Part shown: positions 24,774-38,310 of the stretch, one piece after another
Layout of the letters: the number at the start of each line of letters is the position of its first letter
Numbering within the stretch: the stretch's first letter is position 1
Assembly: GCA_016748015.1 (NCBI GenBank)
Contig: JAAOMT010000561.1
Location: 256,026 to 320,025, forward strand
Direction: 5' to 3'
Source: Geosiphon pyriformis uo1
Taxonomy: Eukaryota > Fungi > Glomeromycota
DNA: 64,000 bases
Program-made: the position numbers and the translations under genes
Notes under the pieces: generated by a model
Database searches by the model: none
The model's input: the letters and a program-made list of their open reading frames with translations, nothing else
What the model was told of the DNA's origin: nothing

Positions 24774-27199
24774 ATCACTGCATAAGATATTTTTTAAAGG
24801 TATGCTAAATAGGACTCCCAACTTTGGAATTTGTACCTACAGCATCTTTTATAGCCTATCGCTCTAAGGCCCCGGCCCAAGAAATTCGAAATTGCAAATG
24901 AAATATTTTTTAAACCCAGTAAATTCTGAATAGGTTTACCCTATGAATTTTTTTTTAGAGATACAATATATTTTGATAGAGAGCAATCTAAGTTTAGATT
25001 TTATTTATGAGATTCAGGAGCAGCCGAAGTATAGATAAAATAAGCTAATTTATTACCAAGCTCAAGAAAGTCTATGGGACAATTATATGAGGTTAGGGTA
25101 AACGAAAGCCATATTGGGTTTAGGCTAAAATATAAAACACTGAATACTCAGGACGTATTATATACTTAAATTTCAGCCATTCAATGTTTTTGTTAAAATA
25201 CAAGAATCTCAAAGTAAAGGCTGTTAGTACTCAGTAAATAAACATCAAATAATTGGTAATAATTGTTTGAATTTCAATTTATAAGTTACTAAGCAATTTA
25301 AAAAGTACAATATGTAGAAATTACTTAAAGATTTAATACTTAATCTAAACAACAAAAGATTTAGTTAAAACCAAATAGACTCTTAATCGAATAACTTTGT
25401 TAGATTTAAAATAAAATAAATAAATAATTGTTTGTAAAGCTTTTTAAGATTTTTTATCCTATTGCAGTTTGTAAGATCGTTTTCCTAAAACTTTATACAA
25501 TTAATTATTCTATTAAATTATGGGTATAAGAATAATAAGATAATAATGAGAAACATGTTATTCCAAAATTTTAACTAAATTTTGAAACCTCTTACTAATG
25601 AAAATTTGACCAAAAATTAAAAAAATTTTATAACTTATAATTATTTAACATTAATTATACAATATTTTGAATTATGCAATATTGAAAAGTTTATAAAATA
25701 TAAATAGTTTGCCAAAATTTTCATAAAAATAATACTATTTAAAATAAATTAAAAAAAGCTTTTTTATTCAAAGAATATATTCTTAAGCCAAAAAGAAAAT
25801 ATTTTATTAAAATTATTAATTAAGTAAATAATGTGAATTTTACTTTAAAAAACTAGCAATATTGCTAAATTAAAAGAATTCAAAGTGATTAAATTGTTTT
25901 CAAAAGTGTTATAATATTCAAAAATAAAAACAATGTATCTTTAAATAATTTATTACAATTTTTAAAACATTTTATTAAAATAGAATTTAATAATGCTTAT
26001 GATTGTAATAAAACAGCTTGTTATTAAAAATTAGAACTCTTTAAAATTTTTCAATATTTTATTGTTAATACAAAAAAGTTAATAAAAATATTTTTATTTG
26101 TATAATATATAAATAATAACACGTAAATACAATTACACTTTTTTAAAATTGATTGAAAAATATAAAATTTCAACCAAAATATTTTATTATTTTTTAATAA
26201 TATTAGATTTTATATATTTGCAAAAATATTTTTTATTAATATATGATGTTGGAATTATTTATCTAAAATAAGTTTTTTAATTTAAAAATATATAAATCGA
26301 TTAATTAAAATGTTAATAAAAAAATTGTTTGTCATAAACAAAGTTAATATTTATATTAACATTATTGATGTAATTAGTTTTTTTTGTATAAACTTAAATC
26401 TAATTCAATTAGTACAGTTTAAAATAAAACAAATTTTTTTTACATTGGTAAATATTTTTTTATTCGATAATAATAATATAAGAATTTAATAAAGAAAATA
26501 CAAATAGTATTAAAAGCTATTTCGAAATTAATTTCATTTTAATAAAAAGATTATTAAAGTTGTTATTACTACAAAAAAACTTTAAAAGTTGAAAAGTTAA
26601 AAATATTGTAAATACAGCAAAAAGTAATTCAAATAATAATTTTAATATTGTAATTACATATATAAAATAAATTTCCAAATTTTGAAAATAAATTACATAC
26701 ACAATTATTTTTTTATTTTAATAATATCTATATTTTATATTTGTTGATTTAATTATATTTATTAATTTTTTTAATTATTGTTTTTTTTATAAATTTTTTA
26801 TTTAATTTATATAATAATAATAATAATAATAATAATTAGTAATAATAACAACATTTTATTAATTTAAAATTACTAATTTTAATTATTGCCCGAATTATTA
26901 TATATATTAAAAAGCTATAAACTAAAAATGTATTTAATTAAAAGTATTGTTAACTTTAGATTAATATAAGAAATTATAAATATATACATATTTAAATTAA
27001 ATTAAATTATATACTTTTACATATAAATAGCTATTTAATAATATAGTTATAGATTATTAACTAAAAAAATTAAATTAATAATATTAAAAATTAATAGTTT
27101 TCAATTTAAAAAATATATTTATAATAAATAAATTTTATTTTAATTATTTTTAATTTTATTATTATTAATTACTAAATACAATTTAATTATTACTTATTA

Positions 27200-30100
27200 T
27201 AATATAATTATAAAAAACATTAAAATAAATATAACTTATGTTTTTTTTTATACAATTAGCTACTTAACTAATCAAAACAATACTATATAGCTATAGTATT
27301 AAAAATACCAAAAAATTCTTAAAAAATAGATATAAATTAAACCAAAATTTACATAATATTTTTTAATAAAATAATTAACATAATCTAAATAATTAAAGCC
27401 AAATACAACAGAGCAACTAATATTAAATTATAACTGATTTATTATTAATTAACAAATTTTTTTATAAAAAGCTTTAAACTTAAAATTTAATAACTCTATT
27501 ATCAATTTATAATAAAGCCCTAAACCAAATTTATTATTTATAAGTTAATTATAGTAGCATTTTTAAAACTCAAAAAACCAATTTTTAAAAACCAATTCTT
27601 AATTATAGTTAAATAAATACAATTAACAAAAATAATATTATACAATAATCGCAAAATTAAGAAAAATACAAACTATAAATCAAAAATAATAATATATTTA
27701 TTAACAAAAATGGCTTTTATAATAATATTAAAAACACACAAAAAAATATAATTAAAATTTTTATACGATTTATAACAAATACAAATTATACTTAGATATT
27801 TAGAATTAAAAAGTTTTTTGTTTATAATAATATATAATAAGTTTTTATAATATATATAGAAAGACTAATAATAATATAACTTGAAAAATCTATATATATG
27901 TATTTATTAAAATATTATATTAAGCTGGTTTTTAAAGTATTTAAATTTTTTATTAATAATATATTAATAAATTTTATTACATAATTAAATTTTTAAACTA
28001 CAAAACTAATTGAATTAAACAAATTTTTAATAAAATAATATGTATTTTAAAAACTATTTTGTTATTTGTTAAATAATTTTTTTTTAATATTAGTAAACAG
28101 CATAAAATCTAAATTTAAAGTATTAATTACAAATATATTAGCATAATTATTATTTATATTGTCTGAATAATTTTTTATAAATGTATTATTATTTTACTTA
28201 ACAACAATTATAAAAATCAAAACTTAACAAATATTGTTTTAATTTATATATATTAAAAAATACCTAATTATTTAAATTAAAAACCATTAAGTTTTAAACA
28301 AAAATATTATTCAGAACCAAAACAATAATTTATAACTTAGCCAAAATTAATAACATTAATTTATAAATACTTATTCTAATATTTAAATTTAAATCTGAAA
28401 AATATGTAAATGTTTTATTAATAATATTAAAAAATTTTAATTTTTTAACAAAGTCATCTGTAAAAATTAAAATCAGATTTAAACAAATATTATAAAAATT
28501 TGTTTTAACTATTCTAAAGTTGTTAAAATTAGACAAATACTAATAATATAAAAAATGATACAAGTAAATTATTGTTAATAAAACTATTTTTTTAATAAAA
28601 TTTACAATAATATTAAGTTATAACATAATTAAACTTTTAAAATTAAGTTTTTTTAATAATAATAAAATTTTAAATTGAAACAAAAATCATAAAAATTTAA
28701 TAAATAGTTACAAAAACAATAACTAATTACTTAAAAAACTAGATTATATTATTAAAAATTGAACTTTTATTTTTAAAATAAAAAAAATTTAAAAAATTAT
28801 TAATAAAAATATACTATATTTAAAAAAAATATAAATTATATTAACCAAAAATTTGTTTAACAAATTTACAGATAACATAATCAAAAATATTATGCTTATT
28901 ATTATGTTTTTAACTTAAATTTGGTTAAAAGTTTTTAGATTATTTAATAAAAAATAATATACAATTTTATTTAAAAAATTTTTAAATAGATTAATTTTAA
29001 TTTTTAGTTTTTTTTTAATAATATATTTTATTTTTTACACATATTTTTTGACATAAAACTAAATTAAGTCTTATAGCTACAGAACTACCAAAACTAAATA
29101 CAAAAATTGTTTATTAAAAACAGTTTTTTTTAAAACTAAATTAGTAAAGAATTTTATATTTAAGTATACTTTTTTCAAATTAGACTTAAATAAATTATAA
29201 GTTAACAAAAAAATTTTAAAATATTTATGTATTTTACTTTTTTTAACAAAAAAATAAATAAGTCACTAATCTTTAAAAAAACTTTTTTAATTTATTAATT
29301 AATAAAAATAGCTATAATTTTCTTATTGTTAATTAAAATATTGTTAATCTAAAAAATTTATTTGTAATATTCAAAATATACTAAATAGTAATCTAATTAT
29401 TTTTAATTCAAATAATATTGTTAATAAATATATTAATTGCTAAATAAGATATTAATATTAATTTTGTAGTTACATAAACTTTTATGTCTTTAATTTTATA
29501 CAAAAAAAAATTATTGAAAATTTTTTAAAGTAATAATAAAAAAATCTTATTTAATTTAAATTATTATGTATTTTATAATTATTTATTAATCCAAAATTTG
29601 TAATTATCTAATTAATTTTATTACAATAAATACTTTTAAAAAAATTTAAAAAAACTTTTTATACATTTAACTTAAGTAAACTATTTTTTATATAAGATTA
29701 ATTTATTAAGTTATAAGTTTTATATATATTTTGCAGAATTAATTATAGCTTTCAATTTTTTTTAAAATATTTTTTATAATAGAACTTACAATAAAAACAA
29801 AAAACTAAGCTAAAATGTTTTTTAATACAAAAAAATTAGTTTTGTAAAAAATTTTTTATTTATAAAACTTAAAATTATAAATATTCAACCTTTTTTTACA
29901 ACTTTAAAACTGTTTTATATAATACACCAAATATAAAAAATTCAAAAGTAATTTTAAAACAAACTTATTACAATGTTTTTATAATTTATTAATAATATTA
30001 AATTAATAACTTTTTTATTTAACAAATTAACAATTATTTTAAACAATTTTTTATATTTAATTACATTTATTATTTCAAAAAAAATTTATTATCAACATAA

Positions 30101-31720
30101 TTTAAAAGCAAATACTAATAATATTAAAGATTAAAAATTATGTTTAATAATATAACTTTTATTATAAATAAAGCTTTTTATATACTTAATATAACAGATT
30201 TAATTCTAGATTTTTTAGTTTTTAAAAATTTATAAAGCTTAAATATATAATAAAACTTCTTTATTTTAAATATAACAAGCTTAATATTATTAAAATTGAA
30301 TTTGTATAAATTAAATTTTGAATATTTATAGTCTTAATATTATTAAAAAACAAATATTAACTTAACAACTTTATAAATTCATTGAAAATTCTAATTTTAA
30401 TGTATTAATAATCTTTAAAATCAAACATTCTAATTTAAAGACCTAAATAATATCTTAATCATATTATTATTAAAATTATTAAACCATAATTTAATAAATA
30501 TCTTATTAATTAAAAAATACATAACTTTTTAAATCTCTATTTTTTCTAAAATTATTAAACTTTTTAAAAAAATTAATTATTATTAATAAAAAAAATCTAT
30601 AAAATTAATTTATTTAATATTATTTGCATATTTAAAATTGTATTTTTATTGGTTTTTGTTTATATATTTTATAAAAAAATTAATTATATATTTAATAGAC
30701 TATTTAAACTTGTTAAAACAAAAATAGTTTAATAATTAATATTAAAAAATCCATTTATATTTAACATATAACAACTAATTATAACATTAAAAATATTTAT
30801 TAGAATTATTTTTATTAAAATTACTATTTAAAATCATAAAATATTCTTTAATTATTAAAAGTTAATTATATTAATTTAAATCAATTGTTTTTTTATAAAA
30901 ATATTAGCATCAAGTCTTAAAATTAAAATAAAAAACTTATTTTTAAACAACAATTTAATTAATAAAAGCCAATTAACTATTTTAAAAAATTTTATACATA
31001 CACTTAACCAAATTATTACTTATAATAATTGGAATTTAAATAACTAAAAGTTAGATTAAAAGTGAAAATTTTTATACTATTAAAATTGTTTTTAATTTAA
31101 AACTTAATACAATCTTTTAATTTAGTTTTAATAATAATAAATATCAAGTTATTTATATTTTTATGCTATTTTATAAGGTTATTTTGTTTTACAACATTGT
31201 ATATTTTTTTAATATTATATGTAATAATTTTTTAGATTAAATTAATTATTAAAAAAATTATTACTATTATACAATATATTTAACTTAAAAAATATTATTT
31301 TAACAAAATTTATAAGCTTAATTATTTTGGTTTTTAAGCTATTTAGCTTAAAAATGAAAACATTAAAAGTATTAATACTTTAAAATAACAAATTATCAGA
31401 TTTACCAAAAAAATTAACAAGAGAAAAAAATAAAAATTATCTATTATTATATTCAAGCCAAAATCGAAGCAAAAAAAAACAGCAGCAAAAATTAAAAAAA
31501 ATTAACAAAAATCTGGTTTACTTATTAATCCAAAAATTTTATTTAAAAAAAACTTTAAATTTTTTTTACAATACTTATTTTAATTTTCAAAAAAGAAATA
31601 ACTAATAATAAGAGAGATTTAATATTTATAAATAAATCAAACAAAAATTTAATAAAAATATTACTTGTAATTTGCATTAAAGTTATGTCATTAAATAAAA
31701 TAGAACAAGCAATTTTAACT
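27200..31720 (+). mobile_element. Ty3/gypsy LTR retrotransposon 'ghost' (RT, RNase H connection, integrase) eroded by transitions
   Basis: In order on the + strand: IAK*DIN (~29435), FMS-L (29480), ILFNLNYYVFYNYLLI (29544-29591; eroded YxDD), INLLSY (~29700), FKTVLYNTP (29903-29929; cf. LKTALCNAP), integrase-like text at ~30840-31130, and KNLVYLL (31507; cf. GDLVYL). LTRs not found, boundaries approximate. Confidence 0.55.
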
Positions 31721-31859
31721 TGTTTTTTAATATATATATATATTAATTATTGTTTATTTAATACAATAATATCTTTATTAATATAACTAAAAACTTTTTT
31801 ATTAATATTATATACAGATAAAATATGTTTATTATTTATATATAATATAATATAATATA

Positions 31860-33100
31860 GTTAAATTAATTTAACACAAATTCACATTTTTAAAAACTGA
31901 AATAATACAAAAAATAGCTTTTTATAAATTTTTATTTTTAAATCTAATAACTATACATTTAACATAATCATAAAATATTTAGTTTTAATTTATTATATAA
32001 ATTTTTATCATAAAATATTACAAAATTAGAAAAAATATATTTATTAATAGAATATAAAACAGTATTTTATAATTGTTTTTGAATATTTATATTTGTTTGT
32101 TAATATTAGTTTTTATTATATATATTAAATTTTTACTTATAAATACAATTATTTGAAGTTACTAACTTAATAATTTTATTATTTTTAAATTCTACTATAA
32201 TTTTTTCTTATAAACTAATAAGTTATAACTTAATTAATATTATTTTATCAAACTTAGCAAAAGTTAATTTATAATTGATTTAAAAAAATCTACTGAAATT
32301 TTCTTAACAAATACTTTTTAATTTATATGCTTGTTTACTTTTTTCAAATCAATATTTACAATAAACTTTATACTTATTACCAAATATTTAGTTTTTATCT
32401 AAGCTTAATTTAGAAGTAAAAATTAATTAAATAATCTTATAAAATTTTGAAAGAATAAAGGCTCTTTCAAAATTATTTACTTAGTGAAAAAATTTTTAAC
32501 AAATTTTAACTTATTTTTCAAATTTTTTTTAACAACTATTAAAATAATAATATCCAAAATAAAAGATTTCACAAAATTAAATACTCTTTTTTTTAGAGTA
32601 AAACCACAATAAAAAACTTCAAATTTTTGAATTTAGAAGAAAAAAACTCAAATATTTTATTATTATTTAATACACCAAAATCAGATTGTTTTTCAGATTT
32701 TTCCAACTTGTGAAACCAAGTGTAAAGTTTTTTAAAAAGTTATTTTGTTTATTAGCTTAAAAACAATCTTATACTTATTATAAAAAAAACTGGTTTCTTT
32801 CACATAAAAATTCTTTATATTATCAACTTTAGACTTATTACTAACATTACTAATTTTATTTTTTATATTACTTTTTAAGATTTTAGTTTAGAATTCTTAC
32901 CAAATTTAATAATCTTTATGACCAATGGGTTAATAAAAGAATTTACTATTAATATCTTAGCAGTAAGTTTTTAGTTTTCTTATCTGTATTTTCAAATATA
33001 TACATAGAAGTATCTCTTTTTCTGGTATTAAAACAAGTCTTCATCTTATCTTTTTTTTAATTAAACTAGCATCTATTGTATTCAATATTATAAACAAAAA
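31860..33100 (-). mobile_element. non-LTR (LINE) retroelement ORF1-like remnant, transition-eroded
   Basis: Minus strand: VKSFILDI (32572-32550), VNNFERAFILSKF (32480-32442), KKISVDF (~32305-32284), L*LISL*EKIIVEF, ILFYILL. From memory these match an abundant Glomeromycotina non-LTR ORF1 family (KSFALDI, GFGGASTPSKF, KEIPVDL, QLIGLWQKAVVEF, LLYTLP). Confidence 0.6.
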
Positions 33101-36100
33101 TGCGTCGAAAAAAAATAGCTTACGAAAAAAAAGGTAAAAAGAAAAAATAGTAAAGTATTTTTTCAATATTTTTTGCTCTCTTTATGATCAAGAAATCAAT
33201 AAGAGAAAAAGGATTTTTTTTAATTTAATTTTAAATTATAAAATTTTTATTATTAATAATTAAATTGAGTCTTTTGAATATCAACATTTATATCATAAAA
33301 AAAATTATTTTGTGTTTAATTTTGGTGAAAGTATTTTAAAACATTAAATACACTTTTTTGCGATTAATATTGACTTTTATTACTTTTTTCGAACCCGTTT
33401 TACAGAATATAAAATTTTGAGGTTTTAAATTTCCGAAGAAGTATTTCGTTGGAAATTTAAAAACTAAATATTATCTTGATATTAATGATTGTTACAATTG
33501 TATTTTTTTAGGATAAATATAATATATGAAACACTTTGTAGCAATTATTCAAAATGAAAACTTGAATAATAATTAAAATTTTCCATTTTTTATTATATTA
33601 AGCAACTAATTTTGAAACATTCAAAAAAAGCTATCTTGATGTATTTATTTTCCAGTTTAAAAATTCTAATGCTTGTGACTTGTAATGTTTTAATCAAGAA
33701 AAAACTGTTTCATTTTACGATTTCAATAATTGTATAAAGTATATTTTTACATTTAAATAATAAAATTTCAAATTCTAATAATATATATTTGGATAATATT
33801 GAAATTATTAACGCTTTGTGACTTCTCAGATGGAGTTTAGAAATATTATTACAATGTATTAGATAGATCGTTTCATAATTTTACAATTTAAACGAAATTC
33901 AAAAAATAAGTTCAAGATCCTTAATCCATATGTTTCTCATTAAGAGTTTTTATACAATTTATTGTTGTTAAAAATTTGGATTAAAAATGTTTATATTAGC
34001 CTTTTCGATTGATTTTAGGATTAATCTTTTAATATTTTTTATGGATTATTTTAATTCTGCAATTTTCAAGGAAAACGGCACTTATTTTTTTTCTTTTCAA
34101 ACCCTTGGACATATGAACTCCTCTTGTGTATAATTGATTTTCTTCTTTGGGTTGCAAAACCTTTTTTCAATCACCAAATCAATCTCGTGGTTAAACTATA
34201 TTACAAAAATCATTATTCATCACAAGGTCACAAGGTCACAAAGTCATAAGCAATTGTTAAGTATAATTAGTAGGTAATAATAAGCGTTCATCGAGTCCTA
34301 ACTTAGCTACTTGTCAAGTTCAAAATGGTACTTGGTTTTTCCCGCTCGTTCCAAAGCCTAACTATTTTAATATATTTATATACACACATTGCTCATAATA
34401 CTACATGGTCGTACATTGTACCAAAGGCAAGTTGCATGGCAAAATGACCTTGTGAAGCTGTGTCATCAAAATTTGAAAATCCCTATCGTCAAATTGGGTA
34501 AACAGCGGTTTGAAAAAGTGCTTAAAGGGGTTCTAACTTTATGCAGAGGAATCTTTATGATCGAAAGAAGTTTGTGACTAAAGATACAAGATGATAAACA
34601 TTAAAGGTGATTGAGTAAAACGATTTTTTTTGAAGCCGAATATTTAATTAACAATTTGTGAAATTTAATTATTAATATTCTATGAAATTCCCGATTTCTT
34701 TTTAAAATTCAATGGAAAAATCATTTGACGGCATAGTCTAGACAATGCATCAGGAGCTTATGCGTATTAAGAAAAATAATAAATGACCTTAGAACTAATT
34801 TGACGTACGTCTGACTCTCTTGTTTGCCAAACTTTTCCATGGGGGGTTATGAAAATAATAATGTCGTGACAAATGAATGAGCGAAGATTGGGTATACCTA
34901 CAGAAGTTCCGATGCATTGAAAAATTATCTTTCTATAAGGCCATGTCGAGGTTATTGCATTGCGTATCTTTTATTTGATATTTTTTCCAATTTTTAATTT
35001 AAATATTCCGGAATTTTTCGATTTTTAGAAACCTAGGCATAAATAGACTTTATCAACATCTTGATTATCCCATTTCCTAATTGATGAGAGAAAAGGGAAC
35101 AGGAGAAAAGAAAAAAAAAAGAAAAGAAGGAAAAATTGTTCAAACAACTGATTCAACAATTTAGATTTTGATAACGGAAATCAAGTATTATCTTTTTATT
35201 GAAAAGATTATTCGGTGAGTTTATTTAACCATTATCACCCAAATCATAAGATTTACTATTACCTTTTTGGATTTTAGAAGACTCAACACAAGACCCTCCG
35301 GAAACAAAAGCTGAACGCAACCTATTATGATTGAACACACACATATTATCATGATGATTAAAATTACATTGTTCCCGGAGTTATTGTACCTCTCTTGAAG
35401 CCAGTTTGGGGAATGATCAGTGTAACTAGAGACAAGAAATTTATGAAAAATAATCTGTACCATACCAAGTATAACGAATTTTAATTTATGAGGTAACGAA
35501 AGTTTCAGAATCTAGTAAATGTTAATCATAGATGGTTGCTGGATTTTCTCACACGACCAGGTGGTCGGAATGTAAATATAGAAACTGGATAAACATCTCT
35601 AAACATAAAAATATTTCTTCGATTTTTCATTGGATAAACAGGTTTTTAAAGTTACCCTTTTATTATTTTGAAAAAAAATTTCTCAATTAACAAACGGTTC
35701 ATCAATTCTAGACATGATTCCTAATTTTCTTTGAATCAAAAGAATTGGCATGGTATCGGTGACATTTATTATATAGCTTTATAGTTTTCCTAATGATTAA
35801 AAATTATTTACTTTTTAAAATATTTCCCTTAAAGTGAAAGTATTAAAATTCTTTTTTTATTATTGTATAGCTATCATTGAATAACCCCCCCTCAATTATG
35901 AAATTATTTATGATTGATTGATTGACATGTTGTTAGTTTCTGTAACCATCAACTCAATGTCAATGATTAAATATTTTCTGGCAAATAATGATCGATGAAT
36001 TTTCTATTGTTGTCCCGTGGCGGGGTGGCGCTTTTTTTTAAACACCCACACAACATAGACAAGTTGACAACAGAAAAAAAACAAATTCAAGCATCACATT

Positions 36101-36749
36101 TAACTTTTTCTCTCCCACCTTCTTCCTTCTTTTTTTTCCTTCAATCCCTGCCGCTATTTCTACTGTTTCTCTAGAAGTTTTCTCAACTTTCTCTTTTCTC
36201 TCCTTTTTTTTTCTTTCATCAGATTAAATAGATCATTCTAAAAATCATCACTGACAACTTTTAACCAACCAAACCCAAATATTTTTTCCAGTGCACTGCC
36301 ACTAGTAACAAGTAAAAACCAACTCTCACACAAAAACGCGATAACAACACTGCTGCCCTGCCGTCTCAACCCCCGGCCCCTCCTTTATAAACACACCTAA
36401 ACAATAGTGGATTAGGTGTTGCTCTGATTTTTATTTTTAATGTCTTACGTCATTTCACAACTTTGTATCTAAAAAAATAAAAAATATTGAAATACTAGAG
36501 TTGACAAGTCTTTTTTGACCAAAAAAAAATTAACCAAAAAATTCCAGTCTTCATAAAAAAAAAACATACACACCCACCTTTTTTTTTTGCTATATTATTA
36601 TCGTTTCCTGACGTGTTACTACTAGTTATATGAGCTTTTATCCGTTTCAAACTTAACGTGAAGAAAAAAGCAAAACAAAATAATAGGATATCACCTTTAG
36701 AAGACAACGTCACTTCAACAAATAGAATTTATCTTCATTGGACACTGTA

Positions 36750-38310
36750 ATGCCGGCAACTCGTAAGCACCTTCATGTGGCAAAGCCAAGACGTCGACAA
36801 CGCTCTGTAAGTTTAACAACAAGAGCTTCACGTTGCGGCGTCAAAAATTATGTAAACGTGTTAAAGTCACTACACCCACAAGTTGAAGAATTCTTTCCAG
36901 TTACCAAAGAATACATGCAAGAATATATTGAGGTGAAACGAAAACAAAATAGCATTAAGGCAAATTCGTTAGACCAATACTTTCAACATATCGAAAGCTA
37001 TAACATGGCTCTGGGTCATGGTTGGGACGCTGAGGTTTTCGAACCAATGATGCGTCAAGTATTGGAAAATCTTGAACAAGTCGAGGAAAAGACTCGCGTT
37101 GACCGAAAATTGGTGACTGGTGACGAAACTTCTATGGATGTGGCAATGTCGATTGGAAGTGAACACGACAGTCAATTGAATGATGTTGTAGGGGAGACTG
37201 TTGTCGATACCAACAATAATGTCAGCAGTGGTGGATATGGTAAGCAGGGCTTCTGTTCTTGTTAATTGAAATGGGTTCCTGTGTTTCATGCATGGCTTAT
37301 GCAGATCGTCCTAAATATAACGGAAGATCTCATTGTTAATCTTTTCCATTTTAATTATCTTTTGAAAAGCCCCTTCAGTTGCGCTGGTATGCTTTGATTC
37401 AACTCATGTCCCATCAACTAAACATGAGAACATATCTCAAGTATCGCTGGTAGGCATCGATCCAGATAATTTTACACTCGCGCTTCGACATATATATGAC
37501 GCCGTGAAGAATACGCGTTTTCCGAAACGTTGGGGAGATATTGACATCTCTACCATATATTATCGAAATGACGCGTGGAGTGAATCATCACCTTACCCAT
37601 TGACCGACGAAAATTCCTTTAAAATGTTTTGGACGGCATACCTGAATTCATCAACAGGTGGAGAGATTCAATTAGTTGTCTATAATAGGCGAAGTACGTG
37701 TAGGTTTTTTAGAATGGAAAATTTTTAAGTTTTAATTTTTAGTTTCCCTTACCCATTTATCATCTTTGAAATTTAATAGGCCCAAAAGCACCACTTGTAA
37801 TAGGTACCGATATTAATTCTCAATCAACATCGATACAAATCGCTCCTTTAACCCCACGAAAAAGTCCACCTCGTTTGGCGAATCCTCCTACCACAACTAT
37901 TGAAATGATCACAGGTTTGTTAACATGTATCAATGAAACCGATTTAATTAAACTAATTAAAATAATTGTAATAATTCAAAGATTTCATCAAAAACCTTCC
38001 AATTATGATCACAGAAAGTCCGGTTTTATCACCAACATTTCAACAAGTAAAAGCGGTCACGATTCGATCACCCAGTAAAGTATACAAAGCTAATATAGCT
38101 GTTACCGATAGCACTACTTTTGATTCTCTTTTAAAATTTGCAATCGGGAAACGGCCACCTGCAGGTAAACAATTTGTTCTACAAAGCGCGGACGGTGAAT
38201 TGGAGTATATGCCAGAAGATCCAGTGCGAAAAGTTATTTTTGGGACCGGTCATGCTGAGGTGATTGTTAGGATGGAGGACGTGAAAGATATCGATTTTTC
38301 TCAGTTTTAA
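36750..38310 (+). CDS. hypothetical protein (~425 aa; exons 36750-37239, 37370-37693, 37780-37914, 37982-38310); N-terminal tyrosine-recombinase core-binding (SAM-like) domain and putative beta-grasp domains
   Basis: Three introns (GTAAGC..AAG, GTACGT..TAG, GTTTGT..AAG) join four ORFs in frame, and the composition is coding-like. Domain calls are pattern-based. Confidence 0.82.

Noticed and set aside
34389-35463. Short ORFs and a GTGAGT donor-like site near 35215
   Set aside because: No coherent gene model; may be UTR or non-coding.
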